Assembly: GCF_018350175.1 (NCBI RefSeq)
Contig: NC_058368.1
Location: 176,020,001 to 176,084,000, forward strand
DNA length: 64,000 nucleotides
Reading direction: 5' to 3'
DNA from: Felis catus
Taxonomy: Eukaryota
In this document: positions 22,756-34,195 of the stretch, one piece after another
Layout of the letters: each line of letters starts with the position of its first letter
Position numbering within the stretch: the first letter of the stretch is position 1
Notes under the pieces: generated by a model
The model's database searches: none
Seen by the model: the letters and a program-made list of their open reading frames with translations, nothing else
What the model was told of the DNA's origin: nothing
Made by a program: the position numbers and the translations under genes

Positions 22756-25700
22756 CCACACCCCTCGCTCTGGCCACCGGCCCTGAACTACTCCTCTCTT
22801 GCCAGTCTCCGGACATCACTCACTAGGTTCCAGGCACACCAACGTCTTTTAAGTTCACTGAACTAGCCAAACTGAATGCCAACCTCAGGGCCTTTGTACT
22901 TACCTGCTTCTGCCTGGAAGCAGCCTCTCCCGACCTTCACGTGGCGGTTTTTCATGCCATTTAAGTTTTCCGTGCCATTCAAGATGCGATCCCTGTTCAG
23001 GCAGGTTATCCCGAGCCACCCTCACTGACAGAGGCCCTCAGAAACTGTATCTTCTCATTATTTTCTTTGCCGCATGAGGCCAGCGAACTCGCCCATCTTA
23101 TTCACCCGCAAAGCCCAGACAGCACCTGGCACGTCCAAGGCGCTCATCAGGTATCTACTGACTAAATGACAGACACAAGAGCCTGGCCTCCACTGGCTCG
23201 GACAGAGAGCCGAGCTGTTGGCGGTAAAGGGGAATGGGGTGACCCTGGCGGAGGGCACCACCGTTAGCTTAGCCTGTGTTCAAGAAGTTTCCCGGTCAGC
23301 GAGCCAGTTTAAGCAAGCCCTCCTAAGGAAACACGGCCAGTGAAGAAGTCAGCAAATGGAGCCCAAGGCTGGCCAAAAGACGGTCACACTCTAAAATATG
23401 CATGACCAGATTTTGCGCACCGTGCAAGTTTTATCTTTGACCGTACTTATGGAAACATTATTCAAGAACATCGTGAACACACAAAAATAAATCTTTAAAA
23501 ATACCATTTGAATGACATACACATACGAATGAAAGATTTTTCTCCTTCCACTATAGCAGTCCATTAAGGCATTTTTAACAAGCAAATGTGATAAGTTACT
23601 GCACACAGTAACCTGCAAATAAAAACGTACCCAATTACGACCCACACAGCTGCCCCCAGAGGAAACCCACCCCAATCTCGCCATCCAGATGGAGCCCCTT
23701 GAACCAAGGGAGGAGAGGGAAGCTCGCCAACTCTGTTTCCTGCCTTCTGAGGATCTTGAGGGTGCCCAGAGCAACTGAACGTCACAGTTTCTACAACAAC
23801 CCTATGAAGTACATAGTATTAACCACGGGCTTATGTTGAACAGACCGAAGCTCAGAGAGGCTAAGTCACCTGGCCTCGGTCACACAGCTAATCGCTTTCA
23901 AGGCTGAGATCTGAACCTCATGGCATCTTGCTCCAAAGCCCTCCTCACCCACCCAGATAGTATCTCCCACCTGCACATTCCACAGGTTAATTCTCCTTGC
24001 TCTACTTCATTTCCGCCATCAGCCAACATCAAGGGCCCCACACCTTCCTCTTTTCTGTCTCTCCTCAACACCAAACACATGCCAGGCCTACAGTGAACAT
24101 CACACAGGTGACGATGGCGTACTCATGCTGTGCTCACGGATGTACTCCGCTCTGGCCAGCCTCTCTTTTCCTCTGCCTTCCCCTGGGGGCTGTTTTCTCC
24201 CCTTTTTCTCAATTACCAGCCCTCCTCCCATTGTTCTATGTGCCTAATTTATCTTGTTACCCATTTCTTTTGTTTGTAACCTTGCCCAAAAAACAAGAAG
24301 ATTCTGAAAATATTCTTTGGCTTCCTTTTAGATTATAATCTTACCTTTGTTCCTTTCCATTTATTTCCTCTGAGGTCCCTCTTTTAGTTTTCTTTTACTT
24401 GTCTCTCTTCCTAGTTCTGACTTTTTCAAGGTTTTAAGATCTTAGAGAATAAATATATATATATATATATATATGTATTATATACACATACAAGGGTACT
24501 GAATTCCTTTGACCATCAAGCTAGCTAAACTCACTTTGATAAGCATCAAAATGAAAGCGTTATGCAATATGATCCATAACCCTGACTGTTCATTGGTAGG
24601 GATGGAGAAGTGGGTTATGACTTCCAGAACAATAATAAAATACAAAGGTCTGGGAATTTGAATACTCACGTCCAAATCTGGACTTGGACCCTTCCAGCTG
24701 TGTGTGCCTTGGACAAGAATCTCTGAGCTTGAGGTTTTCACCAGTAAAATGAGAATAAGAATTCTACCCTTCCCAAGGTTATAGAGAAGTTTTAGAGGAG
24801 TAATACGTCGGAAAGCACTTTCAACCTACAAATAATTCCAGCACAAAGCAGTATGGGATCAGGGCCTTGGGTGAACGATGAAATGTCACAAGAGTGGGAA
24901 GGATGCCTGCTAACCCTTCAGTTCACCCCTCTCCACCAATCTGGGCTTCCCCTCCCTAAGTACTAGTTCTTCTCATGAACTAGGAGGCATTTTGTCATCC
25001 GATAACCACATACACACACACGCACGCACGCAGGCGCACACACACACACACACACCAGACACACTAAATCTGCTGTGAGTCAGGGACTGTAGTAGGTGCT
25101 AAGGACTGAACACTGAACATGGCATGCTGCATCCCCTCCTTCAAGGAACTTATAATTCATTTTTGGGTGGGAGCAGCAGTAAGACACAGCAGACAATTTA
25201 AATAAATAAACAAGGTAATAACTGAGCAAAGGCCTTGGTTTATGGGAACAGCCTGCATTAAGGCCCTAAAGCAAGGAAGAGGTTGGCCTATTTGCAGTAT
25301 AGAAAGAAAGTGCTGGAAGGGGATGAGCGAGGATGAGAGCGGTTCCCCTGAGGTCTTCGAAACCAGCAGGGCCAGACTTTACAGGGCCGCCCCGTCCATG
25401 GTCAGGAGTGTGAAACTGATTCTACGGAGGCCTTCAGAGTTAAGCAACTGAGTGGTACGATTTGGTTTGGGGTTTATTTTTGTTGGTTGGTTTGGTTTTT
25501 CTTCAATCTGGCTACAGTGCAGAGAATTTGGAGAGAGTGCTGGTGAGCAGAAGGAGAAGCAGAAGACCAGCTGGTCAATCCCACACTATACAAGACGGAG
25601 ACGACCCGGATGGTAGCAATGGAGGGAGGTGAACAGAATCGTGTGTATTTTGCAATCGGAAATAAATCCGTGATAAATTCCATGTGGAAGCATGAAGGGA

Positions 25701-27871
25701 GGAGAAAATGACTCATTTTCATATCAAAGATGAATCGGGGCGGGGGGGGGGGTTGCTGGAGCAACCAGAAATGTGGTGATACCCCTGGTTGGGATGGAGG
25801 GGACGATGTGGGGAGGGACGCAGGGCAGGTGCAGAAGAGAACGGGAAAAGAGAGGCCTAGACTGCCATCACTTTCCCCACTTACTCCTCACGCGCGCAAG
25901 CTGGTTATCTTGCCAGCTGGTCCCCCATAAGCTTCTCAAAATCACCTGTTCCTTTTCCGCCTCTAATCTGCCACCCGACTTCTCAATGTGTTCCTTCCTC
26001 CGAGGTCTTCACCTCCAATCCATCTGCTGGGCCCACACTAGCCCCACACCCCCAGGACTTCTTGAAATACGGGGTAACGTGCTTGCCTCTATTGTTTAAA
26101 ACTTTTTGCGTTGGGTTTTTTCTTACTTGCTGATGGAGAGGACACACCAGGCCCTCAGGGTCCAACACTGGTCAGTGCGCACCTATGAGTTCTCTCCTCC
26201 TCACACACCGTCCTGCCCAGCCACACCAAAGCATCCAGCTTACAACCCGTCTGTTCATGCTCTCCTGTTCCCTACCCACCCCCCCCCCCAACACACACTC
26301 AGAGAGAGAGCCACGTGAAGACATCACCAGGAAGCAGGCCATCGCCGGGAGCCCAACCACCCTGACACCTGATCGCAGGCTCCAGAACTACGAGAAATGA
26401 ATGTCGGTTTGCAAGCCACCCAGCTGATGGTTCTGCTACAGCAGCCCCAGAGGACCAAGGCAGTCAGGCTCTAAAGTTTTCAAACAAAGTGAAAACCGTG
26501 AGGGGTCAAAATTGATCTTAAAGGTCCTGCATACCATAATATCATACACTAAAATACAGTATCCGTGTGATGTGTCCCGTGCAGTTAATTCTTATCCCCA
26601 TGGAACTTTGAGAAGCACAAAGTTCCGCTAAAGGGGGGAATACACTGAGAGGTTATACGACAGTGTCTCTCACTCATTCAAACCGCTTGCTTTCAAACAA
26701 TCATCAATCCCTAGTGGTGAGCACATGTAGGAAGGTGGGATGGGGGAAACAGAAGTGGACGGATGCTGCTCCACGGACTCCCGCTTGCCTAAGGGGGTTT
26801 ACTTGATTTTTTATTTTAATATTTTGTCTCGGTGAAAAAAATGGTCAGCGTCACTTGCCAGCAGGGGCGAATGGGGGCCTTTTTATTTTCATGAGCAATT
26901 TATAGAAGTAATGATAAAGAAATAGTGTTTAGAACTTCATTACAAAATATAACGGTTTAAATATAGCAAACTTCCGTTCTCTTTTTCCTGACTTCGAAGG
27001 TATATAAACCCAAACTGCGCAACGTCGTCTACGTGAACTAACTGTTCCTCAGCCGTCGTGCAGCAAGCTGGCACAAATCTATCTTATCAATACGGATTCC
27101 AAGTAAATCTCCCAGAAGTTCCAGCTTACCATTATTTCTGGTACTTCTGGCACCGGCACTTGATAAAATCGGTTACTTTTGAAACCTCTGATGGCTCATC
27201 AGTTTCTTAAAGAGCAGATGAGCATCTTCTGTTCCCCCCACTTGCAAAGGGTTTTTATTTTTAAATGTACAAACACCAGCAAGAACTAGACCAATAACTT
27301 CCCCCCCCCCCATTTCTGTATCATCTATTTCCTTTTGATTGCCCTTGTAAACACATCTGACTTCATCATTTGTCCCCTGCGAACTATATCAGGGACGTTC
27401 TGGTAACCAAACACCACAAGAGGTAAAAGAATATTGGCCCCCGTTCGTTCAGCAAAACAGGATGGTCCAGGTTCTTGTTGCAAAATATCGGGTGATGAAA
27501 TCATTCCTGAGGAATGACTAACTGGAGGAGAATATCATAGTTTCTCTTTGTCCTCAGAAAGATATTGTTTATTCATTGATTCAGAAGTCTGACAAAAATT
27601 CATCCAGATTATTACCTTGTAAGGCTCAGAGTCTGAGATCTTGCTTAGACAAGCAATTTTACTGTTATCATTAAAGTCAACAGCACTGCTGTCTCGTCTG
27701 CTGTGTCCAACTACGATCAAACATTTTCCTTTGTCAATTTTCTTCTCTTTACCATTTTGTGCAGGAAATGAAAACTTCTGAATTCTCAACTGGATGCAAT
27801 GAAAGGGACAAAGACGGTGTCCTCTGTCTCCTTCTATACCTTCTCGAAAGATGGTGTAATACTCTAAGAAA

Positions 27872-27904
<33 letters not shown>

Positions 27905-28124
27905 ACAAAACAAACAAACAAAAAATAGAAAGGCAATGCAGTAGTGATGGTTTATATCACTACTGCTTCATCCTGCTAGGTGGTGATTCCATCACTCTTC
28001 CACTTGCTTATTATTTTAGTGTTTTTAGCATCAAACAATGAGCAATAATTGATGGGTAATGATGAGATAATTCCTAGGATAATAAAATGGAAAATGTTTC
28101 AAGACATAAGAAAAAGAAGATCAT

Positions 28125-28352
28125 GGGGAGCCTGGGTGGCTCAGTCGGTTGAGCATCCGACTTCGGCTCAGGTCATGGTCTCACAGTTCGTGAGTTCGAG
28201 CCCCGCATTGGGCTCCTTGCTGACAGCTCAGCACAGAACCTGGAGCCTACTTTGGATTCTGTGTCTCCCTCTCTCTCTCCTCCTCCCCTGCTCATGCTCT
28301 CTCTCTCTCTCTCAATCTCTCTCAAAAATAAATGTTAAAAAAATATATTAAA
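28125..28352 (+). mobile_element. Can-SINE (older)
   Basis: SINE head and tail; flanked by aaaaagaagatca. Confidence 0.93.
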
Positions 28353-28365
28353 AAAAAGAAGATCA

Positions 28366-28605
28366 GGGCGCCTGGGTGGCGCAGTCGGTTAAGCGTCCGA
28401 CTTCAGCCAGGTCACGATCTCGCGGTCCGTGAGTTCGAGCCCCGCGTCAGGCTCTGGGCTGATGGCTCGGAGCCTGGAGCCTGTTTCCGATTCTGTGTCT
28501 CCCTCTCTCTCTGCCCCTCCCCCGTTCATGCTCTGTCTCTCTCTGTCCCAAAAATAAATAAACGTTGACAAAAAAAAAAAATTTAAAAAAAAAAATAAAA
28601 AAAAA
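28366..28605 (+). mobile_element. Young felid SINE (SINEC_Fc-type) with long A-rich tail
   Basis: Intact CpGs, long poly(A), TSD aaaaagaagatca. Confidence 0.95.
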
Positions 28606-31600
28606 AAAAAGAAGATCACTAAGATCCCACGAAGTATCTTAGATTTATAAATGGTTCCAATGGTCCCATATGGTAAATTCAAGACAGAACGAGCTTTATT
28701 CTGTTTTTGTTAAAAAGTAAATGTCCTCTTTGATCTTTGGAAGATTTCTTTAAAAAGAACAAAAGTCACGAAACATCAACCTTTACAGACCGTTAGAACT
28801 GCTAAGGAAAAAAAAAAAAAACAACAACAACTCAGAAACCAAAACTGGGTCCAATGGACCCTGACTGTATACTGACCATTAAAATCACATTTATAGATTT
28901 GGTTGCTTCATGAAGACTTTCTCAATCTGGCCCGCTGGAAAACTGCCCCGCCAAAAGACGCTTTCTTCACCCACTTGAAATCCATCAGTTCTCAGACCAA
29001 AGTTGAAACTCAGCCAAGAAAGTTCCACAGTGCTTCAACACCATAGATGCTCACCCCTGGGTTCCTCCGCACTCCCCATGGAGACCACTCAGCCCCCCGC
29101 CCAGGACATTTTCCCCTGGACTTCATCTTGGCACGCAATGAGGAAACAAAAATGATGACCCAAGGAAAACAGAGAGGACTTCTGGAAGACTATTCAGGCT
29201 TCAAAGCACCAAGAAAACTCTGACCACAATCAGACACCCGATGTTTACTGCTTTATATTCTTTCCAGTAAATGAATTTATGGTGAGGGAGACAATGTTCC
29301 TATTCTTGTGGGGTTTTTAAAAATTCTTTTTTATCTTTTGTGTTTCCAATCAGTTCATGAATACACTAGACGGTTAATCTAGGACCAGAGGAAATGTCCA
29401 ATTCACAAAAGTAGTATGTTCCAAAACTTTGGGAGTTGGTTGTTTTGGGAACTCAGGATATATTTTCCTTCAATAAATAACATTATAAATGATGGTGAGG
29501 TTTCCTAACCAGCCCCACAAAAGTCTTAATTCATAACGTTGTTGAAGCTCTGTGCTTTTCCAGTAAAAATTAGTAGAGAGCAATTTTGTCGGAAGAGTAG
29601 TAAACAAGCCCAAATATTGAAGACGTACTCTCCTTTATCCCGAATTCTATTTAACATAACAACCACTTCAAGGAAAGAAGACAAGAGGAAAGATGGAGAC
29701 TTTCTACGGAGAGACTTCTGCTTGCAAGAATTTTGGAAGCTGATAGCAGCGGTCTGTTATTTTGTCTGCCCACATTTTCCTTCATATAGGCATGACTCAA
29801 AGAAGCCAGGAAGAGGGTAGATTGGGTAGCAAGATAGCAAAGGATGCAGAAGGAAAAGCAAAAAGTTTGAAAGAGATTTCCTTGATGAGGCTCAAGCGGT
29901 TTTTACGAGGAGATTGCCAAAATAGGTATTAGTTGATCTGTCAAGGAAATTGAGAAGAGGGCAGGGGACCCAATATTAGTGCCCCAGGCCCTGGAGTCAG
30001 GAAGAGTCCACTATGTGGTCAGACAGTTCCCTCTCCGACCAGAAGGTGGTGCCATCAGCCCAGACAGGCAGCCCCAAGGGGGCGGGGTGTGCAGTAGGAG
30101 GAGCTCTCCACGTGGAAGCCACGTTTTCCACTCAGGCTCTGGAACTCGCAAAAAGCCTGGACCAGACAGCGTGTACCAACCTACACATCACTGCCTCATC
30201 ACCGAACAAGTGTTCCCACCCTCCACGGCCCCGCCTGCTTGCCCCTGAAAAGAACACCTCTGTCCTGCAGGCCTCAAAACCCACATCAAGATTCCAACTA
30301 CTTACTTCCCATTCCTCTCTCCCACCTCCCCCTTCACCACGTCAGCACCGGACCCCTCCGTTTCCTAATTCCAAAGGGGAAGCTGGTCTAAGAGCATGCT
30401 GGAGTCTCATCCTTAAATGCCATCACAATGACAGAACAAGATCTTCCACATGGTGAGCACAGATTTGTCCCAAGGCCTTAACAACAGGGTCCCAGATGCC
30501 CTCGCCAGTTTTGTCTCCTACTTTAACTCTGAACTGAGAACCCCTATTCCTGATGCAAATCCCACAGTGGCTCCTCCATTCACTGACTCCCGCTGGTCCT
30601 CCCTCCTGTGATGCCCTCTCTTTTTTCCTTACCTCTACTTGTCAGTATCCTCTCCCGCCTTTCAAAGTCTAACCAAATATCCTCCCCCCCCCCCAAAACA
30701 AACCTACTAACTGTTTAACTGAATGTAACTGGTGAATCAGAGAGGAAAACATGGATCCTGGGCATCAACCACAGGAGGCCTGGGATGTCACTGTGCAGGC
30801 TGCCTCACTGCCCCCACTGCTGGTTGGGTCTTAAACTGAGGAGGGCCCAGACAGCCAGACTCTCTGCCAAAGCTTGGGACAACACCAGCCAGTCTGTCCT
30901 TGCTCCTCCCAAGTCCCAGTTCCCACGTAGGGTGGACTCAGGTCTAGAGAGACACCAAAGCCACAAACTCAGTGTGTGGTGCCGTGTCTGTTCTCAATTC
31001 ATGTTAGCTTTATAATAATAAAATCATTACTGTCCCCTCCCCACCCCCACTCTCATCAGCCACAATCTGCCAAACTAGGCCAGAGTTCTAGAGCTAAAAA
31101 AAATGAAGGCGGGGGTGGTCACAACAAGGTCACCAGTCTGGTCTCCCCTCCCAGCTTTCACCCCAGGCCACAGGCCCGGGGTAGTTGTTCCAGCAAACTG
31201 CCTACTGGTTCCGCAGAATTTTCTCAGCTCCGATGAGACTGAATGGGATGGGCATTCTCCTCTGGATGTTTGGCCCTAGCCAAGTGGCCTGGAGATGAAA
31301 CGTTTAAGAATGAGTACCTGTCCTTGCAACACCTGAAAATCTAACTACTACTTTTCACTTAGTTCTAAAGAGGCGGTTGGCTCAGGTGGGAGACAGGAAT
31401 GTCCCCTGTGAAAGTGAAGCAAATGATTACTTAAATTATGCAGGTCCCCTGAGGGCAGCCCCAGGGCCCTGGGGCACAAGGCAGTGCCTAGCCAAAGGCA
31501 GTGGGGAGGCAGGAGCCTGGAGACCTGCCATCTGCCTCCCTACTGTTCCAGGTGCCCTGGGAGCCTTCTATCACGTAGACTCACAGTGTCTGCATCCAGC

Positions 31601-32370
31601 AAAGGTGGGCTTGCTCCTGCCCCCTGGACCTCTTCTGTTTCTGTTGCTCAAAGCACCAAGAGACCAGACGCCTTTTTAAATGCCAACACTGCTCATGTTC
31701 TCACCTACAAAAGAGGCTTCATGGAATGAAAAGCCTACCCAGGAAATTCGGGGGCTTCTGGAGTTCCTGAAGAGGCCGGAATGACACTGTCTGTTATGTT
31801 CTGTCTTTTAAGAATCTCCAGGAGAATGTTTTTCATAAATTAATAAAGGAAGCTAAGTTAACTATGCAAACAAAAGCAGGGTGGGAAATGCGAACCACCC
31901 ATTTTAATGCACTTGGACCCCACCTCCTTCCACAAAAGATCTGAGGCTGCACAAAGTAATTGCTATTGGAATCATGGGCATAAGTGCTCGGTTTCTTGTC
32001 ACGGCTGCAGACTCAAACCTTCAAAGTGACCATTTATTGGGGCTCTGAAAGTCGGGCGGGGATGGTGGACTGCCCACTCCGAAGGCGCCCTCCCCACCCC
32101 CTCCTCTCAGACTCCAGACTCAGGGCCGCTCGACGCGCCGGACAGCTGCGGCCAGCGACTGCCACCCAGGCCTCCCGCCTCCGCATTCCCTACGCCCGAG
32201 TGCAGGCGGGACCCTGGAAGGAAGCTCGGGAGGCCCTACGGCGGCCGCGAGACGACCTGGCCCCCGCGTCTCCGCACCCCCTCCCCCAACCGTGTCACAT
32301 GGCGGCCCCAACGAGGCGCGCAGTGCGTCCCGCCGCGGAGACCCTGGGCCGCGTCGCCGCGGGCGGTGGG

Positions 32371-32379
32371 TGATGAAAC
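32371..32379 (+). promoter_or_regulatory. C/EBP-ATF response element (CARE, NSRE-1-like) TGATGAAAC
   Basis: Exact match to the ATF4 composite-site consensus TGATGXAAX; STC2 is a known PERK-ATF4 target. Confidence 0.6.
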
Positions 32380-32652
32380 CTCCCCGGCGCATTACCGCAG
32401 AGGGCGCGGGCGGGCAGCGGGGTGGGGGTGAGGGGTGGGAGCTGGTACCCGAGCTCACCTGTTCTCCGGGAGGCGGGTGGGGACGGCGGGGGAGGGGCGA
32501 GGGCGGGCCAACCCGGGTGAGTGCGTGCGGCGGGGCGCACGGCCGCGGCGCTCGGGTCCCCGCCCTCCCCCAGCCGCGCGAGCCCCCGGAGCTGCGCCGT
32601 CGGACTGACGGTGCCCAGAGCAGTTCCTGTCCCCGGCCCCGGCGCCGGGGAG

Positions 32653-32680
32653 ACGTGAGCGTGCACACGTACACACACAG
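32653..32680. promoter_or_regulatory. Hypoxia-response element cluster
   Basis: ACGTG 32653, GCGTG 32659, CACGTA 32666 and ancillary-like CACAG 32676; STC2 is a known HIF-1 target. Confidence 0.55.
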
Positions 32681-33558
32681 CGGGGGAAGAGGCGCTCCGA
32701 GCGGCGCCCAACTTTCTCCCAGCTTCCGCGGGCCGGGGGAGAAAGCAGCCGGGGCGATGTAGCCCCGGCCGCGCTTGCGGAGGAAGCTCCAACAAGAAAG
32801 AAGAGATGGAGAGAATTTCCCCGGGTTTGGTTTTGGGGGTTTGTTTTTGTTTTAACCATTTACATCGATGATTGGAGAGTAAAAGGAACCCGGACCAGGG
32901 CGGCGAGTAGCGCTTTGGGAAAATGGAAGAGTGTGTTTGGAGACGCGTAAAGTTGCCTTTCAAGCTCCGACCTCCGGGGCAAGCGATGCTCCGCGGAGGG
33001 CTGACTCAGGGCTGCCTGGGCCTCACAGCCACCCGCCTGGAAATGATGCAAGTCCAGTCGGTCACCTGGATCCCTGCAGCCCGGCCCGGAATCCGTCTGG
33101 ATTGGGGGAGGGGCGAGGAACTGGCACCCTAGGTGTTGCACCGCCCACCAAATCGGAGCAAAAAGAAGGGGGGAAGATGGGCCAGCTGCTCAGGCCAAGT
33201 CCTGTATCTAGTGCTTCTGCTCCTATCTGAGTTTGAGAGTTGTGGTGGTGTTTTTTTTTTTTTTTTTTTTCTTAATGCAAAGCGTCACAAAGACAGGAAT
33301 TCCCATATGTGCTCAGTTTGCCCCCAGCGTCACTGTGCCCAGGAGACTCCCAATCTGTCAAGGCTCGGGGTTGGGAAGCTCACTCAATTCCAAACGACAG
33401 AAAGGAAACTTTCCCAGCACTCTGCGGGTGTGATGCGAGCCAGGGAACGCTGTCCCAGCGCAGATCGTCGCCTCCCGCCCTTCTTTAGCTACAATCGGAG
33501 CTGGGATTCACTTTTATTTTTTTAAAGTGCCTTCGGCCATAGCTCTGGAGCATCAGCA

Positions 33559-33612
33559 CACGCGCACGCATCTTCGGCCGCGCTCACACTCGTACACGCA
33601 CGCAAACGCGTG
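33559..33612. promoter_or_regulatory. Cluster of AhR/ARNT XRE cores (GCGTG/CACGC x5)
   Basis: CACGC at 33559, 33565, 33595, 33599 and GCGTG at 33608. Confidence 0.5.
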
Positions 33613-34044
33613 GCCGCCGCCAGGTCGGCAACTTTGTCGGGCGCTCCCAGCGGCGCTCCGCTTCCTCCTGTAGTAGTTGGGCGCAGGCCCCGCCTCCCAG
33701 CCGTGTTGTCAAACGGGCCGGGGTCTCGGATTGGTCCAGCCGCTGGGACAACACCTGCTCGACTCCTTCATTCAAGTGACACCAGAGCTTCCAGGGATAT
33801 TTGAGGCACCATCCCTGCCACTGCCGGGCACTCGCGGCGCCGCTAACGGCCTGGTCACATGCTCTCCAGAGAGCTACGGGAGGGCGCTGGGTAACCTCTA
33901 TCCGAGCCGCGGCCGCGAGGAGGAGGGAAAAGGCGAGCAAGGAGGAAGAGTGGGAGGAGGAGGGGAAGCGGCCAAGGAGGAGGAAGAGGCGGAGGGGAGC
34001 ACAAAGAATCCAGGTCTCCGGGAGGGAGGTTTATACCAAGAACC

Positions 34045-34195
34045 ATGTGTGCCGAGCGGCTGGGCCAGTTCGTGACCCTGGCTTTGGTATTGGCCACCTT
34101 CGACCCGGTGCGGGGGACCGACGCCACCAACCCGCCGGAGGGTCCCCAAGACAGGGGCTCCCAGCAGAAAGGCCGCCTGTCCCTGCAGAACACAG
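34045..34195 (+). CDS. STC2: STC2 coding exon 1 (signal peptide to T50, phase 1)
   Basis: ACCATGT start; MCAERLGQFVTLALVLATFDPVRGTDATNPPEGPQDRGSQQKGRLSLQNT; donor AG|GTAAGT. Confidence 0.99.

Larger units (their letters stand above)
32050..32800. promoter_or_regulatory. STC2: Distal CpG island of STC2 (candidate upstream promoter/TSS region)
   Basis: Very high GC and CpG density, GC boxes, CARE at 32371, HRE cluster at 32653-32680. Confidence 0.8.

Noticed and set aside
22010..22819. 269-aa minus-strand ORF
   Set aside because: Runs through an MLT1A-like LTR; no homology apparent
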